From the human T2T-CHM13v2.0 reference genome, Homo sapiens: a stretch of 64,000 nucleotides of DNA. Position numbers and translations under genes: made by a program. Below, piece by piece: positions 52,400 through 64,000 of this stretch (position 1 is the first letter of the stretch; every line of letters begins with the position of its first letter). Under the pieces are notes generated by a model. That model had not been told where the DNA came from and searched no databases. It saw only the letters and a list, made by a program, of their open reading frames with translations. The stretch is taken from assembly GCF_009914755.1 (NCBI RefSeq), contig NC_060937.1; one strand, 5' to 3'.

Positions 52400-53190
52400 G
52401 GCTGTACAGAGCTAGAAAGAGGTTTCAAATGCATTCTGGAGGCAATAGGGAAACTAAAAATTTTTCCTCATGAGACAGACATGATTAGATCTGGGTTTTA
52501 GTAGGATCATTCTGTTGACAGATTGAAGATGGATTGGAGGTGGTTACATGGAAGAGAAGGAAGTCAATTAGTATTCCATGGCAAGAAAGATCAATTAAGG
52601 GCAACAGATAATGAATTCAGCTCTGTACATAGTGAGTTAGAGACACTCACAGGGCATTGAAGCAAAGATGTCCATGGGGGTGGAAGACAGGAGTCTGAAG
52701 CTCCGGAAAGAGCCCCAAGCTAATAGTAACAGTATGGTAGTTGAATGCATGTGTACAGATGAAGTTGTCTTGGATGAACTGTATGTAGGGTCAGGGAGGA
52801 AAAAAGCAGTTTGGGATTAGAGTCAAGGGGAACTGCATTATCTGGAAAAAAAGAAAAAAACATATAGAGAGAAAGAAGAAACTGATAATGTGTAGTCACA
52901 GAGGAGTGCTTCAGAAACTAAAGGAAGAAAGAAGAAAGGAGTCAACGGTTTCCACCCCTAGTGCATGAGTCTGGATGCTATCGTCTAACTGCACAGAATA
53001 AGCAACTGGGCTGTACACAGAATCACAAAGCCACAGGATTTGGCCACCAAAAGAGATCTATGTGATCGCCCAGTCCAAACCCTCATTCAATAGCTAAGGA
53101 AACTGAGGCCAAGGAAGACTAGCTGGTTTGTTTGAGGTAACACAGCTAATGCACGGTAAGGCTATGGCAGGCATCCAAACTGCCAGATTG
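52400..53190 (-). mobile_element. L2 and MIR fragments
   Basis: gacatgattagatctgggtttt...; aggaaactgaggcc...gaggtaacacagctaa; approximate. Confidence 0.55.
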
Positions 53191-56176
53191 TTGGAATAAA
53201 ACAATTGAATTCTTCAACAAGTCTTCCATAAGAAAATTTAAATTTCAATCAACACATTATCCCCACCAGTTTCCCTTACATCCACTTATGAGAGAAAACC
53301 ATCTTCTATCCCAACACAGAAAAGTAAGAACCAGGATGACTGGATTCATCCCATTTATCTACCTGTTGCTTACATCAGTAGATGCCAATCTACCTGATTA
53401 ATCCATTTACTTTCCTCTTTCTGTCCAGTAGGAGAATACAAACAGATTTTGAACTACCCATATAGCTCCCCAAATTTGGCTCCTAGATAAATTTATCAGA
53501 TATTTGTGGTGGAAATTCTATTTTTCCTCAGCCTTGACTTTTCTGTTTTCTATTGCAAAATATTTCTCACTTGCTACTCACCAGGCTATGGAGAGACTGT
53601 GAGGCACACAGGATTTCCTACAAAAGGGGCCACTTATCCAAACTTTCTAATGGCTTAACAACTAGAACATATAACTTTTTAAAAATCTTACACGTTTCAA
53701 AAATGTACAATTAATTCATTGTAAGACCAACATTATTCTTTCCAGAAGGGTTAAATGTCAAGCATTTCAGCTCCAAATTTTTGGCTCATTTGATTCTTTC
53801 TGAGTAAATCTCAGTTAATAAAAAAAATACATAATGCAAACATGCCAAAATTGCTTTCTGATTTAGAGATTCCTTAAGAATTTTATTTTGCATAGTAAAT
53901 TTGGATGGAAATTTGTCTCTAAAAATATAGCAAGAAGATAAACTAGTCTAGAACTAAAGCTATAGACATTTAAATGAGTGTGATGCTGTGAAAATCTTTC
54001 TTGGATAAGAGAAGGAGTGTGAAAAGCAAACAAAGACGGCAGATCAATAACATGGGAACGAGAGAAAGATCTGGCGAGTTCTGAAGTAGCCACTGGAATG
54101 GGCAAGAGGGTTCATGAGCAAACTTGGGTCCTGGCGGAAGTGGTGTGTTAGCAGGACATTCATACGTGAGTAGGTGTCAGAGGCATAGAAGAGAAGTTCA
54201 TTTCAGGATAAGAGAAGAATGGGCTGTGAAAACAAAAGGTATATTTTGGAAAGCTCAGTGACACACAGCTCATAAATAAGTGGAAGATGAGGCAGGACAG
54301 GGTGCAGACTTGTGTCATGTTGCCAGAATTTGGGTATGTCTTTAAATGCACTGAGAGTGTCTGAGGTTCTAGAGGAGCGGTATGATTCTACCTCAGCTTC
54401 TGGAAAGGGGCTCCAGCAACAGTGTCTTTGTAAAGAGACCATCACAAAAAGATCCAAGTGAAGGAAAATGGGGCCCGAGGCAGTCATGTGAGTGAGGAGA
54501 GTAGGAAAAGAAGGCAGAGAGAAGGATTTGGGAGATACTTCAGAGGGAGAAGCAAGAGGACGTGGTATAGGGGAAGGGTCAGACAGGTCCGTGCTAGGGA
54601 TTGACGTCCCGCGGGAGAGGCTGACGTTCCTACCCGGCAGCTGGGACAGTTGCAGTTATCAGCAGCTCAAATGTGAAATACAGGAGAAAAGGCAGCAGGG
54701 AAGGAAGGCCCATCAGATTAGGGCACGGTGAGTTCTGATGACTGCCCAGATGTCCAGAGAGCCTTTGGAAATTCAGGCCTTGCCATTCATAGAATGACAT
54801 CAAGATGTAGGTCTATCACTCGAAATCAGCAGGTTTGAAATTATCAGAGTGTAGGAGGTTTGTCTAGACATTTGCTTTAAGGCTTTGGCAGTGGAAGAAA
54901 AACCCAAAATACACTCAGGAGGAGAATATGGGGTAGGGAGACATTATTTTTTAATAACTAATTACAATCCCTGGCAAGAGTTTTGCTGGTAATTTTACTT
55001 CCTACTGTGGTTGCTATCCATGGATGTACTATACATATAAAAGAGATAATATCAAATAACTTGTTTCTGTGACATACTAGAAGAAGAAGTATGAAAAATA
55101 TTCTACCTCATCTAAAATTCTGATACCTTCATATTTTGGAAAGGCACATACGTATTAAAGTATACAACTGTCAACAATTTGTAAATATTCCACACCAAGT
55201 GGCTGCTAGGCAAAGCCTTACCTTGTGTTGATATGACATCTTTTATTTCTTGAGTCCTATTGCAAAAATTTAAAAGATTTCTCGTTATATCTTTTTCATG
55301 TCGCTCACACTTTCCAATAAGTATGTGCCAAGCTTTTATTCTTCAAGGTCAACAAACCCTGGCTTAGCCATCATAATCAATCAAACTGCATTTTTACAAA
55401 TGTAAGTTTCAGCCATCTGATAAAATGAGCAATTCTGCAATGTTTTGTGGTTTTTTTATTTCCGTTTGAAAACAACTCATTTTAGAGGAACTCTGTTCCC
55501 TGTGGTTCTTAGTCATCCTTATCCCAGAAAAGAGTAATTTTTCAGTGTCCATTCTCACTAACTCTGGAATATATTGTATGATTAGCTAACTTTGAACCTC
55601 AAATACTTACATTAAAAGTGCAGAAACCATGATGGTTTGAATAGTTTTGTTTTGTGATTTAGAATTCAAGTAGAGCTGGATAATAACTGACAACATAAAA
55701 TGTGGAATCCACAAAGAGTCAGTATGATTCAAAGTTCACCATTCTAATTCAAATAAAATTTTAAGAATTAAAACTGATGTCCAGCCCAATATAGAAGCTC
55801 AAGCAAATTCAAATGGCTGATGGAGGAGCTGGCTTGGCTCCAATTTTTCTATTCCTCAAGTTACTTTTGAGAAAAATAATACATATAAATGAAAACATAA
55901 CATTACTGGAAAAGAGAAAAATGAAAATAGCCATGGAATAGAAATGTTGAAAGCTTCTTCCCAAGCAAGCCTAGAAAAAGCTCTGAGAGCAAAGTCAAGG
56001 AGGCAAAGACCTTGCCATGAGTCAAACATTAGGGCGAGAGCTGGAACGGCTCACTACAGCTCCTACCACCAATCCCCCAAATAGAGTCGAAAAATGACGG
56101 TCGGAGGAATTGTTTCTCCCAAAGACAAAGCCCAAAGACTAGTTTTTAAAGAAAATTAATTTGTCGGTGAACTTAC

Positions 56177-56381
56177 AGGGCCTAAAAGCAGCACAGCAGA
56201 TCTTCGCCCCGGCAAACCCACAGGGGCGCTGTGGAGTTTCTTCATTTTTGAGAGAAACACAACCTCTTGGACATCCATCAGCCCCTCCATGAAACGTCTG
56301 CTCTAGCAAAGCCACCGATCCAAGGCTCAAGAGCGCTACTTTACTTTCCACGAGGCCCTGGCTGGATGTTCAGCAGGTGCT
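56177..56381 (-). other. Candidate non-coding exon (205 bp)
   Basis: Minus-strand acceptor cctgctttttatcAG (AG at 56383-56382); donor CCT|GTAAGT (56176-56171); CpG-retaining unique sequence; early stops in all frames from the acceptor. Confidence 0.35.
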
Positions 56382-56949
56382 CTGATAAAAAGCAGGCCCC
56401 GTATGAAAACCAGCAGGGAACAGAAAACGCAGCAGGGCTCTCCAATCTCATGCCAAGGTAGGTGAGGCTGTGCTGTCCCCAGCAGGCGCGTGCAGCGCTG
56501 CTAAGTGATGGGAATTTCAGAGCAAAAGAAAAGATGGGTTGTTTTTTGTTTTGTTTTGTTTTTGTTTGTTTTTTCTTTAAAGGTATATGTATTGGTTTTT
56601 CAAACAGTTACTAAGTTGTTAGGGCATGCATAATTATGTCATTTGGCTCTAACTACTTATACACAGAACTGTTAAGAAGTTGCTCTGGCCTAGGGCCACT
56701 GTAAAAAAATTACTGAAACAATGATAGAGACTTGAACCAAGAAAGCAAGGAAGTCTCTGTGCTGTAGTTATCGGCTCTCAGGAAAGAAAAACCCTCCTGG
56801 CTTGGCAGCTGGCCCAGGAGGGGCGTGGGCAGGAGGAGGTCCCCAGGCTGCTGGATAGTTCTTCCTGCTGTTGGAGCCTCATCCACAGACACAGGCCTGT
56901 AGTTAGCCAGGCAGGGAGGAGGCTGAGCAGGAAACAGATGTGCCTGGCT

Positions 56950-57760
56950 GCAAAGGAAACCCACAAGCAATCAACCCCATCTTCATTCATAAAAAAGAAC
57001 CAAATCAAGTGCCACCCAATACAGGAGGCAAATACCAGCGTGGAGGATAATGTGAACAAATAAAACAGCTCACCTGAGAGGAAATAGAAGTAATAATAAT
57101 AATAAAAATCCAACTTGATACTGAGAGATTAGAGAGGAAATTGCACCCATAAAATTAGAATTAGCTACAATTAGGAGGAGGAGGAGGTAGGGAGGGTAAG
57201 GAACAGGGAATAAGAAGATAACAGCACTTACGAAAAAGGAAGAGGTATGGTAAATAAAATTTAACTGACAAAATGAAAATTAAATGGAACTGCCAAGCTG
57301 GCTGTCCAGAAGAGGGGCTGTTCCACCATGGAGACCAGGCAGCTAGAGGGTCGAGCCAAAGAAACCTCCCAGATCTAAAAGGAAAAATAAACAGACGAAT
57401 GAATAAAAACCTAAAAGTCTTGCAAGATATATTCAGGAGGGTCAAACTAATAGAGACTTTTACAAATAGAGAACAAAAATATTAGAAAGAAATACTAGGA
57501 GAAATGATTGAAGCCTCTTTTCTGGAGCTGAAGTTCCTTATACAGTGATCCACTGAGGGCTGTGTGTCCACCCACAGGTCCCCTGATAAAACTTATAGAC
57601 CCCAAAATAAAAGAAAAACTCTAAAAGCTCCCACAACACAGAAGGGGACAACATGCTGTGTAGGAACCAGTGGCTGCCATCAGAAGCTAAGAAGACGCAC
57701 AAAGGTTGTGAAAAAGGTCCCGCAGATCTTGGCCTTAGGTCACGCTTCGAGTAGTGGGAG
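56950..57760 (+). mobile_element. Highly degraded L1 ORF1/HAL1-like remnant
   Basis: A-rich L1 ORF1-like text (gaaatactaggagaaa...ttctggagctgaag; aaagaaaaactctaaaagctccc). Confidence 0.45.
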
Positions 57761-58492
57761 TTTTGGTGACAGATAGCGTTTCCCTTGCTACAGGTTTATT
57801 TATTCACCTTGTTTCAAAGAGAATAAAATATGCATAATTATAATACCACGTGCTGACGTGGAGGGACATCCATCACATGAAAAACAAGTTGCAAAACAAA
57901 TGGATAATAGGATCCTACTGAGCTTAAATACACATACACAGGCACAACTAGACAAATAGGCAGATAGATAGATAATAGGTAGGTAGGTAGGTAGAGAGAG
58001 AGGAATTTAAAAATATCTAGAATACGTAGCAGACAGCTGAGATTGGGGAGTAGAGGAGGTGAAGATGTTTGCTTTTAATCTTCACCACTTGATACTCTCA
58101 TTTTTTAACAGAGTATAAATTTCTTTTGAAATTAAAAAAATTATCGTACTTTTAGTGGAATAAAAGCAGCATCAGGCACATAGTAGGTAATTAATCAATA
58201 TTTGTTAAATGAATGAGTGAATGCAAAATATATGCCTTTCTACCATCAGAAGTATAGCTCTATTCAAACTTTCTTCAGTATCTCCTGTAGCACTGACAAA
58301 TTAAGTTTTCTGTCTCTTCTTAAGTCATATTTGGTAATATATTTTCCTAGAAATTCATTCATTTCAGCTAGATATCAAAATGGATTATCTCATGGCTGTG
58401 GACTGCAACCTCCTTTCCATATTGCTTGTTTTACATAAGAAACACATACATATTTTCTTTTTGAAACCCTGTTATAAAAGTACTCGACAAAT

Positions 58493-58844
58493 TGTATTAG
58501 TCAGTTTTCACACTGCTGATAAAGACATACTGGAGACTGGGCAATTTACGGAAGAAAGAGATTTAATGGACTTACAGTTCCACACGGCTGGGGAGGCCTC
58601 ACAATCATGGCGGAAGATAAAGAGGAGCAAGTCACACCTCGGATGGCAGCAGGCAGAGAGATCGATCTGGTGCAGGAGAACTCCTCTTTATAAAACCATC
58701 AGATCTTGTGAGACTTACTCACTATCACGAGAACAGCATGGGAAAGACCTGCCCCCATGATTCAATTACCTCCCACTGGGTCCCTCCCACAACATGTGGG
58801 AATTCAAGATGAGATTTGGGTGGGGACACAGCCAAACCATATCA
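58493..58844 (-). mobile_element. THE1B/C solo LTR with 5-bp TSD
   Basis: tgtattagtc...cagccaaaccatatca; TSD caaat at 58488-58492 and 58845-58849. Confidence 0.96.
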
Positions 58845-59029
58845 CAAATGGTAACTCAATGTAATTTTTTTAACAGCACTATGAGCCGTGGGAATCCAAG
58901 GCATGAGACAAGAAGGCTGGACAGCGTTCCTGGATCACACAGCTGAGTACCGGTGAAGTCAACCCAGTGTGCCTCGGCTAAGGGACTGCCCTCACCACTA
59001 TGCCCCTCCCCAGTGTCCTGAATTCTAAT

Positions 59030-60040
59030 GCTGAATATTTGTATGTTCTCTGCTTTTCTCTTAGCCTTCCAAAGATTTGTCATCAGTAGTATTTAATATC
59101 GAAGAATAAAGGTTTGAATTACTATATTTGTTATAGTTTTTCAGGTTCTAAGTCATTAATTTCTACTATATCTTCGTTTTCTTACTCATGCTTTTGTTGG
59201 GGCTTTTTAAATTATTTTTTGCTTCTGCAGTAACATGGATATTTCATTTGCAACTTTCTTATAAAAACCTTGAAAACTTACAAAGTTTTCTCCTAGCACA
59301 ATGTGGGTTACATTCCATATATTATGGCATCTTCTAAACAATCTCTTTATTCAGTTTTAATTTTCTCTATCATTTTCTTTGAGTTAACAGCTCATGGATT
59401 ATTCAGGGAGTATTTTTAGTTTCCACATGGTTTTAGATTTGGTGTTAAACTTTTTATTACTTAAATTCTATTGTTTATTGTCAAAATATGGCTTATGGGA
59501 ATGCTCTGTATTGAGCTTTTTTTTGACACAGAAGCTATAATCAATGTTTAACTATACGATGCACATTTGAAGACATTTTCTTTAAAGAAATACTGAGTAA
59601 ATAAAACATATTAATTATTCAGTTCTCTGTAAAGTTTATGTACATAACATAAAAAGTAGAGATATTGTTAAGTAGCCTGTTAAGACTGTGCTTTGCCAGT
59701 TTCTTATTGCATTTATAACAACTTTTATGTCTTTTGATGCTGTTATTTGGTTTTTAAACATCTCTGGCTACTACATTCTCATAATAAATTATACTTTAGA
59801 AAATTAATATAAAGTAGCCCTCGCTCATTCCTTATTTTCTCTCAAGTTCCACTTTGTATGATATTAATATTGCACTTTGGGGTTCATTTTATTTTTTGTC
59901 TTACATTTAAGAATTTACTCATCTATTTTCTATGTCATTTTGCTTCGTACACATGTATGTGTATATAAAATTTAATATGACAATATCTTTTGTAAAGGAA
60001 GTTTGACCCATTTATATTTACTGTATATTATCATGAGTGA
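59030..60040 (-). mobile_element. Degraded L1ME-like fragments
   Basis: T-rich antisense L1-like text (tttgatgctgttatttgg, gatattaatattgc, ccatttatatttactgt); approximate. Confidence 0.5.
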
Positions 60041-62189
60041 TCTTCTTGATAAGAGTTCTGAAACACACACACATATTACTTTTGGCATCATTCACTGCTA
60101 TTAACACAGGTATATGACATTTTAAAAAATAAATCATCCTGATCTAACTTAAGGCTTCAAATCGTTCATTTATACATTTGCTCCAGGAATATTTTGTAAA
60201 GTCTCTATTACATCATGGAATTGTACTAGCCACTGAAAACCCTTTGGTGAAAAAGATACATATGAGTTGCCATCTTGAAGCTTACCTTCTAAAAATACTA
60301 ACAGCAGGACAACAATGCAAATCTGTGTGCTTTCTATCTAAGGGCACTGTTCTCTCTGCTTTACTTACTTTATTAAATTTTCACAACTAAATGACTTTCT
60401 ACCAATGAGCAAATTGAGAATCAGAGTTTTAAAAACATACCTATTGTTATCTACTTTGCATGTGGTAGATCCAAGTTGCTAATGTATATCTGAACACAGA
60501 GCCGGTCACTATGAACATGCTACCCACCAACATGTGCTCTCTCTCTCTTCGGGCTCCAAGCTTTCCATAACGCTTCCAGGTTGCCAAACCGTCAATCCCG
60601 GCCACTTTGAAGACCCCTCCTAATGCTTCCCTGCCATTCACAACTACACCTTGTGGTGACTGAACAGCTGTTCTGTTTCGCTTCAGGCTGTTTTCCTGGG
60701 AACCACCAGCCATTCCTCGTGCCCACTGGGTCTTACTCTCACTGGCCCCATGGACCCCCTGAGGTTGTCAGTGACTTCTGTTGGGTTCCAGGTACAGGCA
60801 CCCTTTGCCACAGAGATGACCTCTGGAATGTTCTCAGCCTCCTTCCATGCCCTCCATGTACCTGTGGGAATGTCTTGATGCTTTCCATGCCACAGTGACA
60901 AGGACAGCAAGCTCAGGTCCTCACTCTACCTATTTGAGCTGTGCAGTCACTAGCACTGTGAGAAGACCACCCTGAAGTGCCGGAGCAGGGGCATCCTACA
61001 AGGCCGTATTTGTGCACTGCCCCTCTGCCCTTGACAGGCGACCCTCCATCTTTCTGGATTTTTGCCATGCACTCCCACCCTCACCCCACATCCTGCCCAT
61101 CAACCTTGAGGAGAAGGCCCCACACTTGGCGTGGACAGGACCTGGCACTGTGCTGCTTTACACTCTGCTTTGCCCTCCCTGCCCCATGGTGTGGCACCCG
61201 ACAGGCCATCCCTCTTCTCTTTCTGTTCCACCACACCTTCCAGACACAAAACTCTATGATCAATTACACTTTGCCTAGCTTTGAATATGCCAAAAAGGGA
61301 GCTTCCCAAACTGGGAAATATTTTTCTTTCTCTACAAAGCTTGGCCTTCGGGCCTCGTGTGTTTCTGTGAACTCAGATAGCTTCATTAGCATGCAGAACC
61401 TGCCCATCCTTCCCCGTATGAGTAAACCCGCTGTCTGCATCCTGGCAGGTCACCCTCCTCCCTGTAGGGCAGGAGGCTGCCCAGGTTGCGTAGGAGAAGC
61501 CCATATACCGGGAAATGCAAAGCATAAAATTACATCAGTGTATCTCAAAACTGTTTGCCCTATTTCGTAACAACTCGAGAAGTACATGGCACGGTGACAT
61601 CACCAAAGAGAATATTTGCCTACTTTGAAACTGAAAAAAAAAGATTCCTGAAGGAGTAATGCTCGAGGTGAGTTTTGAAGAACCATAGGAAGCACCTGGT
61701 GGAAGAGGAAGTTAATTTTCTTTCCGGGCAAAATGAATGGTGTCTGCAAATAGCCAGAGGCCACAGGAGCATCTGTGTTTAAACAACTGAAGAAAGCCCA
61801 CAGGGCTGCAGAACGGAGAGAGAACAAGAGGCATAAGGAGATGCCAGACAGTGGGCTTTGGCAGGGCAGGGAAGGCTTGCGTTTGTCAGGCGTGGCCATG
61901 TCTCCCTGCTCTAAAGGGAAGGAGAGGAAAAATGGGAGGGGCCGGCAGCGGATACTGTTGCGGCAGCTCTGGCACAGAGCACATAAGATTACAAAATCTG
62001 ATGCCTGCTAGGGTTGGTTTCATGCCCCTTTCAGCTGACGCACTCATGATCCACAGGCTGAAGGAGGCAAGGGTTGTGAGCCCCAGGTGCCAGCTCTGCC
62101 CAAGGACCGAATCCCGGCTCCCTTCCTGCGTTACCCCACCTTCTTCCAAGCGGCCCCACCCTCAACTGTGGAATTTAATTCTCCCAGAA

Positions 62190-62495
<306 letters not shown>

Positions 62496-64000
62496 TCAGA
62501 GCCAAAGCAAGCAAAATGAGGGTCCTCCACTGAGTGATTCTCCTGCACCCTCCTTAGCTGTCCACCAACACTGCCTCCAGTTGTCCCAAGCCTGAAATGC
62601 ACTTGAGAACACGTCCTCAAATCCAGTGGAAAAGTCTACATTATTTTGGGAGAACAGAGCATCAGACAGAGCTCCCAACCCCACCGCTTCCTGTCCTTTG
62701 CCTTGAGGACCTCCCTCAGGGTAGGGGGGCCTGTGGGCCAGGAGTGGGCAGCCCAGCCCCTTCGATTTCACAACTGCCTGGTTTCCTCTCTGGTGGAAAT
62801 GCACAGGTGGTGACAAAACTGGATGAATTTCATCTTCTTTACTCGTTTTAGAGCTGTGAGTTCGAGTCAGTTACGGTGTGTGACTTACTAACCCATGTTT
62901 GCATCTGTGTGCTTCTGATCTTCACACACGCTGAGCACATTAGGGGCGCCTTCCTGTGGACCGGGCCCCACACTGGCAATGGGGCAGGCGCACAGTTCCT
63001 CCAAAGAACCTCACAGCTGTGCCTTGTCCTCTGAGAAAAGGTGTCAGCCAGTTCCACTGGACAGCCGGCACTGTCAGAAATCCTACCTTAGCAGCTGGAC
63101 CAAGGTCTCACCGGAGAAGATGTGTCAATTCAATTTCAAGGTCCTTTTATACAATTTAATCAAAGGTCATCATTAGAAAAAAAAATCATGATTAAGAAAC
63201 GAATAAAATTCAAGTCATACTGTTACCTCTGTTTTAAACAAAACAATGTTTCTTTACATATAAATTTTTATTTCAAAACATTTGATCCCAGGAAAGTCTT
63301 TCACAATAAGTGAGTTTTTAGCAGACCAGGAGAGTCATCAGTGGATAAGAGTTCTGGGGTGAAGGTTTTCACAAAGTGCCCTAGATTGTTGATGATATTT
63401 TAATCATCTATCCTTGGAATACAATGGACATAAAATCAAGAAGTGTACTGAACCTTGAATGAAACAGCAGAATGAACTCTGAGTCCCAGAAAACACCTAA
63501 GAACTAAGAATGCGTTTTTAATGCTCATGAAAAACAAATGGCAATATAGAATGTGGGACTAAAGAATGGTTACTTGAAGCCAGAAGTGGGTGTTCTGCAG
63601 GTGAAACCCAAGCGCGGCCCCTCCCCAAGGCTCCTTTCTGTGTTGTGAGTGCCCCACTCCCCAGGGACAGCACTTTGTTTTCTTTCAGCTTTTCTGACAT
63701 CATATGATGCAACCTGATGCAAAGCAAAGCGATAGGCATCTTGTCACAGGAGAAATTCACAGAGAGGAGGGGGGCACGCTGCAGCTGGTGCGGAAATTCT
63801 CAAGAGAGGCCTGGGAGTGGAGCTGAGCCGTTGCAGAGGAAGGTGGAGAACCTCTTGAGAAGTTCATGGACACATAGCGTGGTTCAGAAGAAAAGTCAGG
63901 TTCCAGTGATTGAAGAAAAAAGCGAGACATTATTGCAGGCAAGGATCTCCATGTTGGGATACAAAGGCAATGCTGATTTCAGGATATCTGTGTACGTCTG

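Noticed and set aside
56214-56232. CTCF site (cccacaggggcgct; similar ttaggggcgcc at ~62940)
   Set aside because: Only four G after the A, so the core is out of register with CCASYAGRKGGCRS
60977-61570. 197-aa ORF in unique sequence
   Set aside because: Starts at GTG, no recognisable domain, no convincing flanking splice sites; consistent with a chance ORF

Overview
Primate, very probably human or hominoid, non-coding genomic DNA (intron or intergenic). The evidence is AluJ/S/Y, L1PA/L1PB/L1M, THE1, MST, MLT1/2, MER58/MER103, MIR and L2 elements. I found no protein-coding gene. The long ORFs come from L1 ORF2, Alu or simple repeats. I could not name the locus. The non-routine observations are: (i) several well-formed non-coding exon candidates, mostly on the + strand (14239-14288, 23480-23595, 24440-24544, 38575-38673) and one on the - strand (56177-56381), suggesting lncRNA or 5'UTR exons; (ii) transcription-factor-motif-dense unique segments (about 3.4-3.8, 23.2-23.6, 41.0-42.2 and 56.0-56.5 kb); (iii) tandem structures (77-bp duplication, 30-bp VNTR, TG higher-order repeat, ~1 kb AT-only minisatellite); (iv) retrotransposition oddities (twin-primed L1, tailless Alu with TSD, Alu with internal duplication, orphan A39 tract, 21-bp local copy of an LTR segment). 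I see no evidence for a new multi-gene system. Repeat subfamily calls are from remembered consensus sequences, and boundaries of old repeats are approximate.
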